A stretch of DNA of 64,000 nucleotides from a virus (lineage: Duplodnaviria > Caudoviricetes). This document shows, piece after piece, positions 19,621 to 29,009 of the stretch. The notes below the pieces were generated by a model. It worked only from the letters and a program-made list of their open reading frames with translations. It searched no databases and had not been told where the DNA came from. The stretch lies in IMG/VR virus record IMGVR_UViG_2816332589_000001, positions 64,001-128,000 of that record. One strand, written 5' to 3'. The position numbers and the translations under genes are program-made. Numbering within the stretch: the first letter of the stretch is position 1; every line of letters starts with the position of its first letter.

Positions 19621-21188
19621 TCGCCCGTCGCACCCTGCTCACCGCCACCACAGGAATCGCCGCCATCGCCATGACCCCTCCCGCTTCCGCCACCACCCGC
19701 ACCAGCAGCACCCGCGCCGCTCGCGCCACGCTCCACCTGGCGCCCGCGCGCACCCAACTCGCCGCCCTGCGCAACCGCGACGCCAGCAGCCGCGACCTCC
19801 TGGAGCAGTACCTCCAGCACATCGCCAAGGCCAACCCCGCCGTCAACGCCGTCGTCACCCTCGACGCTGACGCCGCCCGCGCCGCCGCCGACCAAGCCGA
19901 CCGGCACCTGCGCACTACCGGCAAGCCCCTCGGCCCCCTGCACGGCCTCCCGATGACCGTCAAGGACGCGCTGGAGACGAAGGGGATGCGCACCACCAGC
20001 GGCTCCCCCGACCTCTCCGACCACGTCCCCGACCAGGACGCCGACGCCGTCGCGCTCCTGCGGGCCGCCGGCGCCGTCATCATCGGCAAGACGAACGTGC
20101 CCGTGATGTGCCAGGACATCCAGACGTCCAACCCGATCTTCGGCACGACCAAGAACCCCTTCGACGCGTCGAAGACCACGGGCGGCTCCTCCGGCGGCCC
20201 GGCCGCCGCCGTCGCCTCCGGCTTCACCAGCCTCGAAGTCGGCTCCGACCTCGCCGGCTCCCTGCGCCTCCCGGCCGCCTACTGCGGCGTCTACGCCCTG
20301 CGCACCTCCCGCGGCGCCAGCCCGATCGTGCCCACCCGCGGCCACATACCCCGCCTGCCCGGCTGGGCCACCAGCAGCGACATGGTCACCCTCGGCCCGA
20401 TGGCCCGTACCGCCGACGACCTCGACCTCCTCCTGGACGTGCTCGCCGCCCCCGCCCCCGCCGACCGTGCCGGATGGAAGATCGACCTCCCGGCCCCCAC
20501 CAAAACCAGCCTCGACCAGTACCACGTCGGCATCTGGGCCGACGATGCGTACTGCCGCGTCGACGCCGACACCCGCGACCTGCTCGACCATGTCACCTGG
20601 GCGCTGCGCAACGCCGGCGCGAGCATCGACGCCACCACCCGGCCCATCGACTTCGACGAGTCCAACACCCTCTTCCAGCGCCTGCTGTACGCCACGTCGT
20701 CCGCCACCGCCGCTGACAAGGACTTCGCCGCCGACATCGCGGCCGCGGACAAGATCCCCGCCGACGACCCCAACGGCATCTACCTTCACTCGCGCACGAT
20801 GCGTCACCGGGACTGGTGCGTCGCCGACGAGAAGCGCCAGAAGCTCCGCGGGAAGTGGGCCGACTACTTCGCCGAGCACGACGTGCTGATCACCCCGGCC
20901 GCCCCAACCGCGGCCATCCCTGACCAGACCAGCACTCCGCTCCCGCAGCGCTCCATCACGGTCGATGGCACCAAGCGCCCCTACTACGACCAGACCAGCT
21001 GGATCAACCTGGCCAGCGTGGCGGGCCTGCCCTCGGTGGTCGTCCCGGCCGGCAAGACCGCCGACGGACTGCCGCTGGCCTTCCAGATCATCGGCCCCTA
21101 CCTCGCCGACCGCACGGTCATCGACGTGGCCAAGCATCTCGCGCGACGCCTGCCCAAGCCAGTCCAGCCGCCCGCCTTTACGGCGTAA
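19617..21188 (+). CDS. amidase-signature enzyme with Tat-like signal peptide
   Basis: ARRTLL signal; VKD, GGSSGG, GSDLAGSLRLPA. Confidence 0.92.
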   Translation: MIARRTLLTATTGIAAIAMTPPASATTRTSSTRAARATLHLAPARTQLAALRNRDASSRDLLEQYLQHIAKANPAVNAVVTLDADAARAAADQADRHLRTTGKPLGPLHGLPMTVKDALETKGMRTTSGSPDLSDHVPDQDADAVALLRAAGAVIIGKTNVPVMCQDIQTSNPIFGTTKNPFDASKTTGGSSGGPAAAVASGFTSLEVGSDLAGSLRLPAAYCGVYALRTSRGASPIVPTRGHIPRLPGWATSSDMVTLGPMARTADDLDLLLDVLAAPAPADRAGWKIDLPAPTKTSLDQYHVGIWADDAYCRVDADTRDLLDHVTWALRNAGASIDATTRPIDFDESNTLFQRLLYATSSATAADKDFAADIAAADKIPADDPNGIYLHSRTMRHRDWCVADEKRQKLRGKWADYFAEHDVLITPAAPTAAIPDQTSTPLPQRSITVDGTKRPYYDQTSWINLASVAGLPSVVVPAGKTADGLPLAFQIIGPYLADRTVIDVAKHLARRLPKPVQPPAFTA

Positions 21189-21357
21189 CCCGACTCGGTC
21201 GCGCCCGGCCCCCGCGGGGGTGGGGCCAGGCGCGCCCGTACAACACGAAGACGGGTCCGCGTTGTCGTCGGTGCTTGCTATGGTGGATCGTCTCAACCAT
21301 GGGATGCACATGCAGGGCTGATCCGCGGACGCTGAGGAAGCTCCTAGGAAGCGTCGA

Positions 21358-21506
21358 ATGGTCCCCGTGCACGCGGGGGTGTTTCGCTGAATGATCGCGG
21401 AGAGCAACGGAGCGACGAGTCCTGTCCCCGCAGGCGTGGGGGTGGCCCCTGGGGCTCGTGCTACGCCAAGCGGATAACGCAGTGGTCCCTGCACCACGAT
21501 GGCCCC
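21358..21506 (+). CRISPR. degenerate type I-E-like mini-array (3 repeats, 2 spacers), no cas genes in window
   Basis: ATGGTCCCCGTGCACGCGGGGGTGTTTCG (21358-21386), CCTGTCCCCGCAGGCGTGGGGGTGGCCCC (21421-21449), truncated GTGGTCCCTGCACCACGATGGCCCC (from 21482); spacers 34 and 32 nt. Confidence 0.65.
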
Positions 21507-21545
21507 GGGCGAAGTCCGGGGCCATCAAGCCGTCTACAGCAAGCG

Positions 21546-21992
21546 TCAGGTGCCGAGAGCGTCGAGCGCTACCCGTTTGCTTGGCCACGGTCCACGCTCG
21601 CCGTCCGTGGCCGGATCGGTCGGCAGGGCCCACCACTGGCGCGGGGCGCGGCGTACGACCCGAAAGCGCCGGCCGGACCACCAGCGGTCACGGGGCAGGC
21701 CCATCCAGGCGTCCCGGGCCCTGACCCATTCCTCGGTGCCGACCGCCTGTGCGATCTGCTCCAGCAGGTCCCGCCGCCGGAGGTGCGCGAAGATCAGCCC
21801 GCCGCCGGTCCCGTCCTTCAAGTGCTGCGCCCAGGTCGCGAAGGCGTTGCCGTGCAGGTGGTCCATGTACGGCTCCGCCGACCACAGTCCGCTCCGCGAC
21901 CGGTGAGCGTGACGCACGACGAGCACCACGCCGTCGATGTCGGCGTACCGCGTCTCCCGGTGCCGCGTGCTGCGCGGGGCCTGCCCGGTCAT
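21546..21992 (-). CDS. hypothetical protein
   Basis: Trp-rich ORF from MTGQAPR. Confidence 0.5.
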   Translation of the reverse strand: MTGQAPRSTRHRETRYADIDGVVLVVRHAHRSRSGLWSAEPYMDHLHGNAFATWAQHLKDGTGGGLIFAHLRRRDLLEQIAQAVGTEEWVRARDAWMGLPRDRWWSGRRFRVVRRAPRQWWALPTDPATDGERGPWPSKRVALDALGT

Positions 21993-22006
21993 CGGGTCGG
22001 TGTAGC

Positions 22007-22429
22007 TCAGGCAGATGTCTGCGGGCCGCACGGCGCATCCTCTCCGTCGCGCTGGGGTTCTTCCGCACCTTCGGTGGTCTCGGGAGCGGAATCGTTCCTG
22101 CTGTCGGCGAGGAGCTGCTTCACGAGCCGGATCGGCACGCCAGTGGCCAGGGCGATATCGCCCAGCGTTGCCCGCCGCAGGGCCAGGGCCCTTACCGCCT
22201 CGGCCAGGGCCGCTGTACGGGCGTCCTCCGCGGCCCGCAGCTGCTCCAGCTCCGGCGTCGTCGGGACGATCGTGACTTCGGCGGTCACGTCGAGGAGTGC
22301 AAGCCCCTCCTCGACGTTCTTGCGCAGCGCCTTCAGCGTCCGCCCGTGCCCGTAGACCCCGTACTCGGGGACGCGCGTCGTCCAGCCCCGGCCGCGCCGG
22401 TCGGCCCGGCACTCGATGGTCTCGCTCAC
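22007..22429 (-). CDS. HicB-like antitoxin with C-terminal HTH
   Basis: GRGWTTRVPEYGVYGHGRTLKALRKNVEEGLAL; ATLGDIALATGV. Confidence 0.72.
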   Translation of the reverse strand: MSETIECRADRRGRGWTTRVPEYGVYGHGRTLKALRKNVEEGLALLDVTAEVTIVPTTPELEQLRAAEDARTAALAEAVRALALRRATLGDIALATGVPIRLVKQLLADSRNDSAPETTEGAEEPQRDGEDAPCGPQTSA

Positions 22430-23640
22430 GCTCCGCTCTCCATGTCCTCGATGACCTGCTGCACGACCAGGTCCGGGATGGGGGTGGGCAGGACGATCTG
22501 CCGGCCACCGATCCGGTACAGCGTGTGCCCCCCGCTGCTGCGCACGGACGTGACGGTGAGTCCGTGCCGGCGGGCCGCGGCGCGGATACGCAGCAGCGGC
22601 CCGCCTTCCTCCGCCCCCGCGCGCAGGCTCGCGGTGACCTCTTGGGCCGCCTTCCACTCCTCCACGGTGACCACCGCCTCGTGCACGGGCCGCGGCGACC
22701 ACACCCATTGCGAGACCGGGTTGTACTTGGAGAAACCGGGGCGGCCGGTGCGGGTCGCCCGACGGTTGTACACCTGGTAGCCGGTGAGTTTCGGGTTGGC
22801 GATCAGGCTTTCCACGCGGTTCCATGTCCACCGGTCCTCGATCGGGTACCGGTCGGGCTCCGCCTCCAGGATCGCGGCGATGTCTGAGCCCGTCAGGTGC
22901 TCCTCGCGCCGCAGCCGACACAGGGTCCGGGCCGCGTCGAACCGGCGCTCGTCGGGATGCCGGGCCAGCTTCTTCTTCGGCCGGACCACGCCGAACCGGC
23001 CGTCCCGTACGGGGGCGTTCTCATCGACCACCGCGATGTACGGGTAGGGCGGGTAGCCGTGGTTCCAGCCGTTGATGGCGTGCTGGATCTGGCCGCCCAT
23101 CGACATCTCCATCAGCGTGGCCCGGTAGACCTCGGCATCGACCTGGCCGTACCGGCGAACGCGCAGCCGGCCGGACTCGGTGCCGCCCGTCGGCTCGTTG
23201 GCGTAGACGACCTCCACGCCGATCTTGCTCAGCTCGTGTTCCACGGTGAGGCTGGTCAGCATGTGGCGTGCCACCCGGTCGGAGCGCTCGGCCAGGACGT
23301 GGGTGACACCGAGCTGCTCGACCCGGTCCGCGAGGTCCTGGAAGCCGCCGTCGCGCGGGGTCGGCACGGCGAGCGCGTCGTACATCTCCTGCGGCGCGAG
23401 GCCCCGCAGCTCCGGGGGCAGCATCCCGGACTCGACATCCCAGAAGTACGCGACGAACTCCTCGCCGGGCTCCAGACGCGCGGAAGCGAGGGAGACCTGC
23501 CTCGGGATGGAGGTGGCCGGGTTCTGGTTGTCCTTGGTGCTGACCCTGCCGAGGAACGCCGAGCGGCGGGGGCGGGAGTCGGCCGGCTCGAAGGCGGGCA
23601 TGTCGGTGAGGTCGATGGGCGGCCCGAATGGATTGGTCAC
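22426..23640 (-). CDS. serine recombinase (resolvase + recombinase domains) with C-terminal HicA-like domain
   Basis: GRVSTKDNQ (catalytic Ser), ESG, DRVAR, PPYPY, IANPKLTG, HEAVVTVEEW; C-terminal AARRHGLTVTSVRSSGGHTLYRIGG. Confidence 0.85.
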   Translation of the reverse strand: MTNPFGPPIDLTDMPAFEPADSRPRRSAFLGRVSTKDNQNPATSIPRQVSLASARLEPGEEFVAYFWDVESGMLPPELRGLAPQEMYDALAVPTPRDGGFQDLADRVEQLGVTHVLAERSDRVARHMLTSLTVEHELSKIGVEVVYANEPTGGTESGRLRVRRYGQVDAEVYRATLMEMSMGGQIQHAINGWNHGYPPYPYIAVVDENAPVRDGRFGVVRPKKKLARHPDERRFDAARTLCRLRREEHLTGSDIAAILEAEPDRYPIEDRWTWNRVESLIANPKLTGYQVYNRRATRTGRPGFSKYNPVSQWVWSPRPVHEAVVTVEEWKAAQEVTASLRAGAEEGGPLLRIRAAARRHGLTVTSVRSSGGHTLYRIGGRQIVLPTPIPDLVVQQVIEDMESGA

Positions 23641-23734
23641 GGCATTCCTATGGAATGAAGGCCCGGTTGGGCGGTGAACGGTAGGAAGGTGGTGTGGCCT
23701 CGGAGCCCGGGGCCTGGTCGCCCCGGGGCCGGTG

Positions 23735-24682
23735 TCAGCGCTGGAGGGCGGCGGCCTGCTTCCACCACATCTCGCGCAGCGCGGCGTAATCGCGGGCCTG
23801 CGCGCACAGCCCGCGGTGCTCGCCCATGCCTCCCGACAGAGGCGTGTGCAGGTGCGGGATGACCGGGCGCAGCAGCTCGGCGTAGTCCTGGCCACCGAGA
23901 AAGATCACGTCGGCGTCGTACGTACCGAGGTCGAAGACCTGCTCAGCGAGCCGCTCGGGCGTGATGGCCTGCGGGTCGCCGATCGTCACGTCGTACGGGA
24001 GCAGCGGGCGCTCCAGGTCCACCAGGCCGTGCCGCGCGGACAGAATCCGGATGAGCGAGGCGTCGGTCAGGGCGTCGGCAGCCAGCCGCAGGGACCGGTG
24101 ATACTGCCCGGTGTACAGCTCCCCCGCCGGGTAGCCCGGGTTGGCGTTCCCGTACTCGTTGTACCCGGGGTGCGGTGCCTTTTCCTGGCCGCACGCGATG
24201 ATCACGATGCGGCGGCGGTGCACGTCGATGCCGCCGCGCTGCCGGGCGTACGTCCGGCCGGCCGGGGTGAGATACAGGGAATAGCCGTGCTGGCCGAAAG
24301 ACGTGGCGTAACCAGCGGCCTGGACGGCGCGGAGGGTGGGGGCGCGGAACCACCTTGCTCCTTCCCAGTACGCGCGGTCGTCCCGGCCGGGTACGAGCTG
24401 ATCGGGACGACCGGCGGCCGTCACGATCGCCTCGTGCTGCACCGCGGGCAGCTTGGGCAGGAACGACTCGACCGCCGGTGCTGGAGCGGGGCCGTGCTGC
24501 TGCCGCCAGTGGTCCAGGGCCGCCCGTCCGGCCTCGGTCATGCGGTGGGTGCCGCCGTCGCCGGCGTGCCGGACGACCAGGCCGTCGGCCTCCAGCCGGG
24601 CGATGGCCGCGGCGTGGCCGGACACCACACCGTCGTCGTGGGCGTCGAGGATCTTTGCGCCCGTGGGGCTGAGCAGGCTCAT
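23735..24682 (-). CDS. DUF6884-domain protein
   Basis: IACGQEK..PAGELYTG..ILSARHGLV..PYDVTI..FLGGQDY. Confidence 0.75.
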   Translation of the reverse strand: MSLLSPTGAKILDAHDDGVVSGHAAAIARLEADGLVVRHAGDGGTHRMTEAGRAALDHWRQQHGPAPAPAVESFLPKLPAVQHEAIVTAAGRPDQLVPGRDDRAYWEGARWFRAPTLRAVQAAGYATSFGQHGYSLYLTPAGRTYARQRGGIDVHRRRIVIIACGQEKAPHPGYNEYGNANPGYPAGELYTGQYHRSLRLAADALTDASLIRILSARHGLVDLERPLLPYDVTIGDPQAITPERLAEQVFDLGTYDADVIFLGGQDYAELLRPVIPHLHTPLSGGMGEHRGLCAQARDYAALREMWWKQAAALQR

Positions 24683-24737
24683 GGAAGGTTCCTTTCGGCC
24701 CGGCCGGACGGTTCCGGCCGGGCGGTGAGCGGGTTGG

Positions 24738-25178
24738 TCAAGCGGTGCGGGAGTCGGGGTGCCGGTCCTCCCACGTCCAGGTGCGGCGGGCGGGGCCGCG
24801 GCCGGTGGCGTACCGGGCGGTCATGACGGCGTCCGTCTCGCACACCGAGGGCAGGCCGATGAGTTCGCGGGCGATGTGCTCGGCGAAGTCGTGGCGGACG
24901 CCGGCGCGCGGGTCGAGGCCGCGGACGGCCGCCCATGCGGCGCGGTCCACCTCCAGGCGCCAGCCGAGCGCCATGCGCACCCGCCCGTCACGCACGGAGA
25001 GCCGGGTCGGGCCGTAGCCGTACGCCCACCCCTCGGCCTCGGCCAGGGCCTTGATATCGGTGATGGAGGCGGTGACGTAGCCGATCAGCTCCCGGGGGAC
25101 CTCGGCCGCGTCGTACCCGTTGTCGTCGGCGAAGGAGTGCACGCCGACGTTCCACCACGTCTCAAGGCGGGTGATCAC
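24738..25178 (-). CDS. hypothetical protein
   Basis: GTGA overlap with the upstream gene. Confidence 0.6.
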   Translation of the reverse strand: MITRLETWWNVGVHSFADDNGYDAAEVPRELIGYVTASITDIKALAEAEGWAYGYGPTRLSVRDGRVRMALGWRLEVDRAAWAAVRGLDPRAGVRHDFAEHIARELIGLPSVCETDAVMTARYATGRGPARRTWTWEDRHPDSRTA

Positions 25179-25387
25179 GGTTCGCCGCCGAAGCACTCGC
25201 CGCAGGTCGCGCGCGGCTCCTCGGCGTGATCCGGGCAGACCTCCGCGACCGTGTAGGGGGTGTTCCCGTCGTCGGCGTCGGTCAGGGCGTCGGCTACGGT
25301 CTGCGCTTCGCGGTGGCCAGCGTCGCCGTAGAACGGGCCATCGACCATCGCCGTGCCGTGTTCGAACACGCCGTACTCGGCGCTCAT
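25175..25387 (-). CDS. small Cys/His protein
   Basis: CPDH..CGEC; coupled by overlaps on both sides. Confidence 0.6.
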   Translation of the reverse strand: MSAEYGVFEHGTAMVDGPFYGDAGHREAQTVADALTDADDGNTPYTVAEVCPDHAEEPRATCGECFGGEP

Positions 25388-26160
25388 GCCGGCCGCCGGT
25401 AGCGGTTGCACTCGCGGTCGTGCTGCTGGTTGTGACGCTCCTGGGCGTAGCAGTCGCAGTGACGGGAGACCGGGCTGGTCACCCAGTCGGCGGCGAGCGC
25501 CGCGCACGCGGCGGAGTCCTCGGCGCAGTCCACCAGGTCGTCGCCGCCGTCGCCGCCGTACACCGGGTCGCCGATCGGCTCCCCGTGCTCATCGTGGAGG
25601 AGCATCGACCAGCCGGTGTGACGGCCCCGGAGGTGCCGTACGGACCCGTTCTGGTCGGCGATCGACAGGTGACCGTACACGCCGCGGCCGAGGTGTACGG
25701 GGATCTCGTAGGTGTCGCTGTGGGGGCCGTAGATGATGGACAGTCCGGCGCCGGGGACGATGCCGTACTCGGCGAGTGCGGCCAGCATGTCGGACCCGGC
25801 GGTGCATCCGTCCAGCCACTCGGCGACCGCCTTCGCGCACAGCGTGGCTTCTTCGGCCGCGGTCTCCCGCCGGTCGTGCGCGGTGTCGTGGAGCCGCTTG
25901 ACCTCCTGGAGCCCGTACGGGCCGCCCGGGGCCCATGCGTGCGCCTCGAAACCGGCCCACTCGAAGGGCCATTGGGCGTCGAACGCCTGCGAGGCGATCA
26001 TGGCGTGCTGGGTGCTGGTGAGGCTGTCGGGGTCGGTGTCCGGCAGGTAGGCAAGTACGGCTTCGTCGCGCTGGTCGTAGTGGGCGGCCAGGCTGGTGTT
26101 GCGCAGTGCGGTCAGCATCGCCTCGGCGGCCGGCGGCGTGACCTTGTCGAGGGTGGTCAT
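25384..26160 (-). CDS. hypothetical protein
   Basis: 258-aa ORF with RBS; C-terminal HCDC..H..C. Confidence 0.7.
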   Translation of the reverse strand: MTTLDKVTPPAAEAMLTALRNTSLAAHYDQRDEAVLAYLPDTDPDSLTSTQHAMIASQAFDAQWPFEWAGFEAHAWAPGGPYGLQEVKRLHDTAHDRRETAAEEATLCAKAVAEWLDGCTAGSDMLAALAEYGIVPGAGLSIIYGPHSDTYEIPVHLGRGVYGHLSIADQNGSVRHLRGRHTGWSMLLHDEHGEPIGDPVYGGDGGDDLVDCAEDSAACAALAADWVTSPVSRHCDCYAQERHNQQHDRECNRYRRPA

Positions 26161-26259
26161 GGAGAGTCTTTCGGTAGTCAGGAAGGAGATGGGCGGGAAC
26201 CGGGGTTCCGCACACCCCCGCCCGTGCCGGAGCGCGGGCGGGCAGTGCGGCGCTCCGGG

Positions 26260-27258
26260 TCAGCCCTGTACGCGCGGGATCTCGAAGGCGTCGATGGCGC
26301 GGGCGACGTACGCGCAGTCCTCGGCGAGCGTGGAGCCGACGGGCGCGGGGTCGAGCACGTCGATGCACTCGCCGTCCCCGTCGTAGGCGGAAGCGCTCCA
26401 CCGCTCGACGTGCTGAGAGGCGGGCCGGTCAACCTGCTCGTCGGAGATGATGCGGAAGTGCGGAACCTCGTACATGTCGGCCTCGGGCGTGCTGCGGTCG
26501 AGCGGTACGACGAGCCAGGTCTGTCCGCCTGCGCTGTCGCGGTAGGCAGGGAAGCCGTACGCGGCGAGAGCGGCGCGCAGAGCATCCCCGTCGGTGTGCG
26601 GGGGCGCGATGTCCGTGGGAGTCAGTTCCAGGCGCACGCCGGGCGCGGCGACGTACAGCCTGCCGTGGGGGTCGCGCAGCACGTAGCTCTGCTCCCGCTC
26701 GGACCACCGCATCAGCATCGCGCGGGCGCGGCTGCGGTTGACCGTGCCGTTGTGGAACTCCCGCCAGAAGAGGGCCGGGAAGCTGTGCGGGTCGGGGTGC
26801 AGCACGATCACCGTGTAGCCCGGGGCGGTCACTTCCTTGGGGCTGAAGTGCGGAAGTGGGGTCGCGAGCATCTGTATCGGCCCGTCCGTGCGCGGGTCCG
26901 GCCGGTCCAGCCACGCCCGTTCCAGCCGCGCGGACTCGTAGACGACCTCGGCGGCGGCGCTGAGCGCTGAGGCGTCCCGGTGCTCGCGAGCGAGCTGCAC
27001 GCACTCCGCGGCGAGCTGGGCGCGCCTGGCGTCCGCTTCCGGGGACGGCGGGAACAGCCATCTGCTCGCGATGAGCTTTCCCGCCTCGGTACGGGCGCGG
27101 TCGATGGCCTCGTTCAGGCGCTGCACGGTGTTCTTGGCGGTGCGGCGCTCCTTGCAGGCGGCGGCGATGGCGTCGTTGAGGCGGGTGCGTTCCAGCGCGC
27201 GCAGGGCCTGAGAGCGGGCGTGAGTGGGCAGGTGGGCGAGGTACTGAGGTGTGGTCAC
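26260..27258 (-). CDS. hypothetical protein
   Basis: 332-aa ORF with GGAG RBS. Confidence 0.7.
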   Translation of the reverse strand: MTTPQYLAHLPTHARSQALRALERTRLNDAIAAACKERRTAKNTVQRLNEAIDRARTEAGKLIASRWLFPPSPEADARRAQLAAECVQLAREHRDASALSAAAEVVYESARLERAWLDRPDPRTDGPIQMLATPLPHFSPKEVTAPGYTVIVLHPDPHSFPALFWREFHNGTVNRSRARAMLMRWSEREQSYVLRDPHGRLYVAAPGVRLELTPTDIAPPHTDGDALRAALAAYGFPAYRDSAGGQTWLVVPLDRSTPEADMYEVPHFRIISDEQVDRPASQHVERWSASAYDGDGECIDVLDPAPVGSTLAEDCAYVARAIDAFEIPRVQG

Positions 27259-27387
27259 GGCAGGCTCCGGGAGGTGGAGGGGAAGCGGGCCGGCTGGCGC
27301 GGCCGGTCGTGGTGAAGGGAAGGTGCAGGAGTGGCGCGGGGCCGCGGGGTGGGGAGGCGGCGGGCGCCTCCCCGGGGCGGGCGCGTG

Positions 27388-27849
27388 CTACCGGCCGCAC
27401 GCCTCGCACAGCACGGGACGCGGGGTGGCGGCGTACGCGGCCTGGACGTCCTCGGTCTCAGCGGCGGCCCACGCGCCGCGCTGCGCGGCCTCGTTGGCGG
27501 CGGCGTGCGCAGCGTCCATCACGGACGCGTGCGTGGTGACCTCGACCGCGTCGCTGTGCATCGTGCGGTGACGCCACAGGATGCCGTCCGCGTCAATGGG
27601 GGCGAGCCCGGCGATCACGCAGCAGTGCGGGTTGGCCAGGAAGGCGCTGATGAGGAATTCGGTGCCGTCGGCGCGGTAGCCGAGGTGGGCCCAGACGGTG
27701 TACGGGCCGAGGTGGCGCAGCTCGGAGGTGGTGCGCTCTGCGCTCTCCGTCAGAGCCTTGGTGGCGGCCCACACCTGCTCTTCGATCACAAGCCAGGGCT
27801 TCTTGGTCTCGGTGCGGGCGGGACGCTTGCGGGTGCGGGTGCTGGGCAT
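27388..27849 (-). CDS. hypothetical protein
   Basis: MPSTRTRK start after GGAGG, downstream of leader copy C. Confidence 0.7.
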   Translation of the reverse strand: MPSTRTRKRPARTETKKPWLVIEEQVWAATKALTESAERTTSELRHLGPYTVWAHLGYRADGTEFLISAFLANPHCCVIAGLAPIDADGILWRHRTMHSDAVEVTTHASVMDAAHAAANEAAQRGAWAAAETEDVQAAYAATPRPVLCEACGR

Positions 27850-27873
27850 GGCTGTGCCTCCGATGGTTGGTTG

Positions 27874-27935
27874 GGAGCGTTCGTTGGTCCCGCTCGCTCG
27901 TGCGGACCAACAAGGAAAACTGTACACCGTGTCCG
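27874..27935 (-). promoter_or_regulatory. leader element copy C
   Basis: CGGACACGGTGTACAGTTTTCCTTGTTGGTCCGC-ACGAGCGA-GCGGGACCAACGAACGCTCC. Confidence 0.8.
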
Positions 27936-28031
27936 GCGCGTGGGGGTAGGTCAGGCTCGGGATTTCCCGCTCCCGTGCTACCCCGCACCGGAGGGGGCCG
28001 GGCCGCCGCAGAAGGACGGCCCGGCGGGTGC

Positions 28032-28844
28032 TTACAGAGCGGCGGCGGCGCGGAGCTGGTTGTCCATCGAGCCCCACACCGTCAGGTTGACCGGCGCTTC
28101 CGTGTAGAGCAGGTGCAGGTCCACGTCCACCACGTTGTCCACGAACAGGCTCACGGTGGTCAGGCCGTACCCGTGCCGATCGTAGGTGTCCCCAGGGCGC
28201 AAGCCAGGAGCGGCGGCCCGCATCTGCTTGGCGAGCGGGCCGTAAACGGGGTGCTTGCGGCGCGGGTCGCGGTTGTCGGTGCGGATGGCGCGCAGCACCG
28301 TACGGGCCTGTTCGACCGTCAGACGCCGGAAGACGATGTGGGATGCGGCGTACTCGGGGGTGTCGTCCAGGTAGTCGCCGCGCGTGATCTTCGTGCTGTG
28401 CTCGACCTCGGCGTAGCTGCCGGGGACCTCCCAGGTGGTGAGCGCTTCGCCGTGGTACCAGCGAGTGCGTGCGTGGTCGGGGGCGACGCAGGCGAACTTG
28501 GCGGCTATCAGCCGGGTGCGGCTGACCTTGGCGTGCGCTTCTTCCAGGTCACCGGTGACGAGTTCGGCGAGCGTGCGCCCGATGGCGTCGGCGGTCAAGG
28601 TGTCTGCGGTGGCGGACACCTTCCGGCGGGTTCCGTCGTCCAGGAGTGCCACGGCGTACACCTCGTGGCCGCGGATACCGGCGAAGTGGATGTTGTGCCC
28701 GCGGTGGGAGCGCAGGGAGCCGCTCATGCCGTAGTACGCGGCGTGAATCATCCAGTCGCGGCCCAGGATGCTGCGCGCGGCGCCGAGGACAGTGGAAGCG
28801 GTGAAGGGCAGTTCGCGGGTGTCGGTGAGAATGGTTCGAGACAC
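28032..28844 (-). CDS. hypothetical protein
   Basis: GTG start after GAAAGG, downstream of leader copy D. Confidence 0.7.
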   Translation of the reverse strand: MSRTILTDTRELPFTASTVLGAARSILGRDWMIHAAYYGMSGSLRSHRGHNIHFAGIRGHEVYAVALLDDGTRRKVSATADTLTADAIGRTLAELVTGDLEEAHAKVSRTRLIAAKFACVAPDHARTRWYHGEALTTWEVPGSYAEVEHSTKITRGDYLDDTPEYAASHIVFRRLTVEQARTVLRAIRTDNRDPRRKHPVYGPLAKQMRAAAPGLRPGDTYDRHGYGLTTVSLFVDNVVDVDLHLLYTEAPVNLTVWGSMDNQLRAAAAL

Positions 28845-28866
28845 GGGTGTGCCTTTCTGGTTGATG

Positions 28867-28928
28867 GGAGCGTTCGTTGGTCCCGCTCGCTCGTGCGGAC
28901 CAACAAGGGAAACTGTACACCACGTCCG
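28867..28928 (-). promoter_or_regulatory. leader element copy D
   Basis: CGGACGTGGTGTACAGTTTCCCTTGTTGGTCCGC-ACGAGCGA-GCGGGACCAACGAACGCTCC. Confidence 0.8.
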
Positions 28929-29009
28929 GCCATGGTGGGGGTGGGGCCCGACGGAAGTCCCGGGCCCCGCGCGGGGTGTTCCCACGGTGAACAGCGGGCC
29001 GGGCTACGG

